Assembly (NCBI GenBank): GCA_011884725.1
Contig: GCA_011884725.1_3919.1
Origin: a phage
Direction: 5' to 3' (one strand)
DNA: 64,000 nucleotides
The notes under the pieces are model-generated. The model saw only the letters and a list, made by a program, of their open reading frames with translations. It had not been told where the DNA came from and did no database searches. Numbering within the stretch: the stretch's first letter is position 1; the number at the start of each line of letters is the position of its first letter. The position numbers and the translations under genes were made by a program. Positions 54,319 through 64,000 of this stretch are shown piece by piece.

Positions 54319-54716
54319 GACTCTTAAACAGACACAGCTTTGTAGTAAAGCGTAAAGTCTCTGAAGACGGTTATTACAATGATGATGGTGATTGGGTAGC
54401 TTCACAAGATATTGTAGAGGTTAACTGCAAAGGTAATATCCAGCCATATATCAAAGGTTCTGTAAAGAACGGTACACAGATTGCTTTACCGGAAGGTATC
54501 AGGCTTACCGATACAAGAATCCTGTATACTACATATAAACTTAGAACTTCAGATGATGTAGAGTGGAATGAGTCTGACATTGTTATGATTGATGGTCATG
54601 AGTATGAAGTATTTATGACTATGGATTGGTCACAGCAATTAGCTCATACGTCCCATTATGAATATATCATTATTAGAAGGGATAAAATGAATGCAGTTAG
54701 AAACAGCAGAACTTGA
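54315..54716 (+). CDS. hypothetical head-tail joining protein
   Basis: ORF track. Confidence 0.4.
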   Translation: MRLLNRHSFVVKRKVSEDGYYNDDGDWVASQDIVEVNCKGNIQPYIKGSVKNGTQIALPEGIRLTDTRILYTTYKLRTSDDVEWNESDIVMIDGHEYEVFMTMDWSQQLAHTSHYEYIIIRRDKMNAVRNSRT

Positions 54717-55290
54717 AAAAGGTCTAGTTAGAACCTTAGTGGATGTTATTGGTCACAGACTAGCTCGTGATAAAAATAATAGACCAAATGTAATTAGAGC
54801 TTACCCTTCTGATAACTCAAATGACAAAGGTTTAAAACCTGACCAGCCATTTATTACCGTATATTGTCAAGATGCTGCAACACCTTATGGTTGGGTTCTT
54901 GATAAGTTTGTTGAGGATGATGTAGTTTGCTACAGAATTGCTTTTCAGATTCCAGTATTAATTACGGTAAATGGTAAAGGTGCTCACAGTATTATGCTTG
55001 AGCTTAAACAACGATTAGAGATGAGTTCAGTCAGAGATTTAATTCTTGAAGAGACAGGAGCTACAGTTTTAGACACTGGAGCTATCCCGAATGACTATAC
55101 CTATCTCAATACAGATTTCGAAAATTCTGCGCCTCTTGTTGTAACTCTTGTAAAAAATTCAGTCCTGAAAGATGAACGTGGGGGAATTATTGAACGTGTC
55201 ATTGTTGATGGTGAATTAGTTTACGAAGAAGGACAAGAGCCACCAGAATATACTATCCATCTAGATGTAGACTCCAAAGGGGTAAAATAA
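54691..55290 (+). CDS. hypothetical tail completion/terminator protein
   Basis: ORF track. Confidence 0.4.
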   Translation: MQLETAELEKGLVRTLVDVIGHRLARDKNNRPNVIRAYPSDNSNDKGLKPDQPFITVYCQDAATPYGWVLDKFVEDDVVCYRIAFQIPVLITVNGKGAHSIMLELKQRLEMSSVRDLILEETGATVLDTGAIPNDYTYLNTDFENSAPLVVTLVKNSVLKDERGGIIERVIVDGELVYEEGQEPPEYTIHLDVDSKGVK

Positions 55291-56643
55291 ATGTGGAATC
55301 CAATTGTTAATGTAGATATTACATTGAACACCGCAGGAACTACAAGAGAAGGTTTTGGGCTACCACTATTTTTAGCTTCAACAGATAACTTTGAAGAAAG
55401 AGTCCGTGGTTACACTTCCTTAACTGAAGTTGCTGAAGATTTCGATGAAAACTCTGCTGCATATAAGGCTGCTAAACAACTTTGGAGTCAGACTCCTAAA
55501 GTAACTCAGCTTTATATTGGTAGACGTGCTATGCAGTACACTGTATCAATTCCTGATGAGGTTACTGAGAGCACCGACTATTCTTTAACTGTAGCTGTGA
55601 GCGGTGGAGTTTCTCAGCCATTCCAGTACACTTCACAGTCAGAAGATACTGCTGAGAAGGTGCTACAGCAGCTTAAAACTCAGATTGAAGCAGAGCCTTC
55701 TGTAAAAGACCTTGTTACCGTCAATGTAACTGGTGCTGGTGGTTCAGCAACAATGGTAATCACCAAAGCGGGTGACAATGACTTCGTGAAGGTTACCACT
55801 ACAGCACAAACAGTGTCAATTGCAAGTACAACTGCTGACACAGCATCGACTGCTCTGGCAGCTATTGAGGCTTATTCAACTGACTGGTATTTCATTGCAG
55901 CAGAAGATAGAACTCAACAGTTTGTCTTAGCAATGGCTTCTGAGATTCAAGCTCGTAAGAAGATTTTCTTTACAGCTAACTCTGATGTAACAGCCCTACA
56001 AGGTACAGAATTATCCAGTGCAAATGATGTTCCAGCACAACTTGCTAAGAATAAGTACACTCATACAGTTTGCTTGTGGCATCACACAGCAGCAGAAGAT
56101 TATCCAGAAATGGCATACATTGCTTATGGTGCTCCTTATGATGCAGGTTCAATTGCTTGGGGTAACGCACAGTTAACTGGTGTAGCTGCTTCTCTACAGC
56201 CATCTAATCAGAGACCTCTGACAAGTATTCAGAAGTCAGCTTTAGATGCACGTCACTGTAACTTTATTGACCTTGATGGTGGTGTTCCAGTGGTTCGTAG
56301 AGGGATTACTTCTGGTGGGGAATGGATTGATATCATCCGTGGTGTTGACTGGTTAGAATCAGACCTGAAAACTTCTCTGAGAGACTTGCTAATTAACCAG
56401 AAGGGTGGTAAGATTACTTATGATGATACTGGTATTACCCGTATTCGTCAAGTCATTGAAACCTCTCTGCAAAGAGCAGTCAACAGAAACTTCCTGTCAT
56501 CTTACACAGTTAATGTTCCTAAAGCCTCTCAAGTTGCTTTGGCAGACAAGAAAGCTCGTATCCTGAAAGACGTTACCTTCTCAGGTATCTTAGCAGGGGC
56601 TATCTTGGATGTTGACTTGAAAGGTACAGTGGCTTACGAATAA
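55291..56643 (+). CDS. tail sheath protein
   Basis: 450 aa immediately before a roughly 150 aa tube-sized gene and chaperone/tape-measure genes (Mu/P2-like order). Confidence 0.6.
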   Translation: MWNPIVNVDITLNTAGTTREGFGLPLFLASTDNFEERVRGYTSLTEVAEDFDENSAAYKAAKQLWSQTPKVTQLYIGRRAMQYTVSIPDEVTESTDYSLTVAVSGGVSQPFQYTSQSEDTAEKVLQQLKTQIEAEPSVKDLVTVNVTGAGGSATMVITKAGDNDFVKVTTTAQTVSIASTTADTASTALAAIEAYSTDWYFIAAEDRTQQFVLAMASEIQARKKIFFTANSDVTALQGTELSSANDVPAQLAKNKYTHTVCLWHHTAAEDYPEMAYIAYGAPYDAGSIAWGNAQLTGVAASLQPSNQRPLTSIQKSALDARHCNFIDLDGGVPVVRRGITSGGEWIDIIRGVDWLESDLKTSLRDLLINQKGGKITYDDTGITRIRQVIETSLQRAVNRNFLSSYTVNVPKASQVALADKKARILKDVTFSGILAGAILDVDLKGTVAYE

Positions 56644-56658
56644 TAGAGGTAAATTGGA

Positions 56659-57105
56659 ATGGCTATGTATCAGCAATATTCCCCTAAAGACGTTGTGTGT
56701 AGCTGGAATGGTATTGCCATTGAAGGCTTTGCCCCAGACTCATTCTTACGTCTACAGAGAACATCACCACTTGTGACACCAGTTGTAGGTGCAGGTGGTC
56801 AAGTTGCTCTGACAAGAAATGCAGACAAGACAGGTACTATTGAGATTGAGCTAATGCAGACTTCTCTCTCTAACCAGATGCTTTCTGCAATTCAAGCTAA
56901 ACAAGACAATATGGAACTTGAAGAAGATATCTCTTCTAACTTCGTAATCTACGACCCATCAGGCTCTGTTCTGGCAACTGGTATTAATGCTTGGTTGCAG
57001 GAATTACCACAGATTGAACTTGGTCGTGACCAGAACTCTAAGACTTGGATTTTTGGTTGTGAGAAGCTAGACTACACTTCTACAATTCCAGCGTCAAGTG
57101 TTTAA
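56659..57105 (+). CDS. tail tube protein
   Basis: 148 aa after sheath; strong terminator follows at 57119-57150. Confidence 0.55.
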   Translation: MAMYQQYSPKDVVCSWNGIAIEGFAPDSFLRLQRTSPLVTPVVGAGGQVALTRNADKTGTIEIELMQTSLSNQMLSAIQAKQDNMELEEDISSNFVIYDPSGSVLATGINAWLQELPQIELGRDQNSKTWIFGCEKLDYTSTIPASSV

Positions 57106-57118
57106 TAAATCCTATAAG

Positions 57119-57150
57119 GGGGAGACTTTAAAAGGTCTTCCCCTTTTTTG
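57119..57150 (+). terminator. rho-independent terminator GGGGGAGAC...GTCTTCCCC + TTTTTT after the tail tube gene
   Basis: Direct read; 9 bp G/C-rich stem. Confidence 0.7.
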
Positions 57151-57178
57151 TTTCTTTTAAAAATATTAAGGAATCACA

Positions 57179-57577
57179 ATGAAAACAGAATCTAGAGTAA
57201 TTAATGGTAAGAAAGTAAATATCGTTCTGCTTGGGGCAAGAGATGGTATTAAGATGTCTATGAAGTTGGGTAAAATTGTTGTTCCAACATTTGCACAGAT
57301 GCTGTCAAGCCTGACTGATAAAGATAAGAAAGAAGCTCCAATGGTTCCATTTAAAGAACTTGTTGAAGCTTGTTTTGACAGAATTGAAGAAATCAACCTT
57401 GAAGAAATGGCTACCATGTTATTTCAAGGGGCAACTGTTGATGACTTCCCACTTAATATTGATACATACTTCCAAGCAAACTACGGTGAATTTATTGATT
57501 ACTTAGCATTTGCGCTGGAGGCAAACTTCGGAAGTTTTTTCGAAGCAAGCATTTTCAAAAGCCTAACTTCTCAGTAA
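57179..57577 (+). CDS. tail assembly chaperone
   Basis: Small acidic ORF directly upstream of the tape measure gene. Confidence 0.45.
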   Translation: MKTESRVINGKKVNIVLLGARDGIKMSMKLGKIVVPTFAQMLSSLTDKDKKEAPMVPFKELVEACFDRIEEINLEEMATMLFQGATVDDFPLNIDTYFQANYGEFIDYLAFALEANFGSFFEASIFKSLTSQ

Positions 57578-57579
57578 AC

Positions 57580-57818
57580 ATGGGTAACACTCTACAGACA
57601 CCACTAACTGATGCTGCTGTAGAGGCAACCTATGAAGAAGCAGACGAGATGAAATTTGTGCTTGCTATTTATGGTATGGAAGGGTGTAAAGAAACACTTG
57701 ACCAACTCTTTGCTATGACATTCTCTGATTTATTATCATTGAGACAATTTCTTGAAATTCAGAGGTCGTATAAAGAGGAAATTGCTTACAACGAACTTAG
57801 AAGAGCAGGAAAAATGTA

Positions 57819-57819
<1 letters not shown>
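57580..57819 (+). CDS. hypothetical protein (possible second tail assembly chaperone)
   Basis: ORF track. Confidence 0.4.
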
Positions 57820-63203
<5,384 letters not shown>

Positions 63204-63204
<1 letters not shown>

Positions 63205-64000
63205 TGGCAGGATTAACTACAACAGGATTACAAACTCTAAGATATCAGGAAATTTTTGATAATATCAAATCAAGACTTCTTAGAGATATCTCACCAAACC
63301 TTGACGTTTCTGAAGATAGCCAATTAGGTCTCTTCCTAGCTTCAATTGCAAGGTCTTTAGCAGATACTCATGAGATTCTATCAGAAATCTACGATGGGGG
63401 TACAATTGATAAGGCTGAAGGCTTTAACCTTGATGATATTACAGCTTTAAATGCGGTATACAGATACGTTGCTCAGGCAACAAGAGGTCAAGTTGAGTTT
63501 ACTGGAACTACTGGTGCTACCATTCCTTCAACAACAAGATTAAGAAGTACTGCCGGAAACATCTTTTATCCAGTTAACAACATTACCCTTACTCCGTCAT
63601 ATTGTGTTGAAGCTGTTCTTGAAGTTAACTCTTTACGAACTGATGCAGATTATGTTATTATTATTGATAACGTTATTTTCTCATATAAACCAACCTCATC
63701 AGACACAATTACCACACTCCTAACTAAATTAGCAGAGGCTATTAATGGTGGTATTGTAGCAAAAGCAGAAGTTATCAATGATGGAGCCGCATTAAGAGTC
63801 TATAAAGATGAGGGTGATATCATTGCAAGAACAAACCCTATGGTTGTCACTGCAACAACGTTTCTGACCTTTACAAAGATTACAACTATCTCAGATGTAG
63901 TAGCTGAAGAGGTTGGTGCTATCCCTGCTTTAGCTGGAACTCTTATTGAGATTGAGACAACTGTTGATGGTCTTGACAGTATTTATAACAGGTATGACTT
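63204..64000 (+). CDS. baseplate J-like protein (partial, 3' end outside window)
   Basis: ATG 63204 overlapping upstream stop; open to window end; position after gpW-like gene. Confidence 0.45.

Overview
This window reads as part of a large virulent tailed-phage genome with a mosaic layout; all calls are from reading the sequence and ORF track by eye, with no searches or folding run. (1) 1-23.5 kb, + strand: nucleotide-metabolism and early genes - aerobic RNR nrdA/nrdB with a CPQC glutaredoxin-like gene, anaerobic RNR nrdD/nrdG with an HNH endonuclease between them, further homing-endonuclease-like ORFs, an adjacent PRPP-synthetase-like + NAMPT-like pair, T4-type rIIA/rIIB, a candidate spanin pair and a macro-domain-like protein. 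(2) 23.5-29.4 kb: 13 small ORFs, most preceded by one of two conserved stem-loop cassettes with an identical leader and Shine-Dalgarno. (3) 29.4-31.0 kb: a 1.6 kb ORF-free stretch dense in short degenerate repeats, bounded by convergent terminators. (4) 31.0-38.7 kb, - strand: hypothetical genes, a T4 e-type lysozyme and tandem paralogs, one with three Ig-like repeats. (5) 38.9-40.8 kb: a vWA/MIDAS protein. (6) 40.9-46.1 kb: 27 tRNA genes covering all 20 amino acids, interspersed with repeated structured spacers, a tRNA remnant and three protein genes. (7) 46.3-64 kb: morphogenesis module - large terminase, portal, S49-type prohead protease, capsid, then a Mu/P2-like contractile tail (sheath, tube, tape measure, baseplate). 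The most notable items are the repeat-flanked small-gene array, the 1.6 kb repeat region, the Prs-like/NAMPT-like pair (candidate NAD+ reconstitution, NARP1-like), and the tRNA cluster with Leu-anticodon tRNAs lacking a long variable arm.
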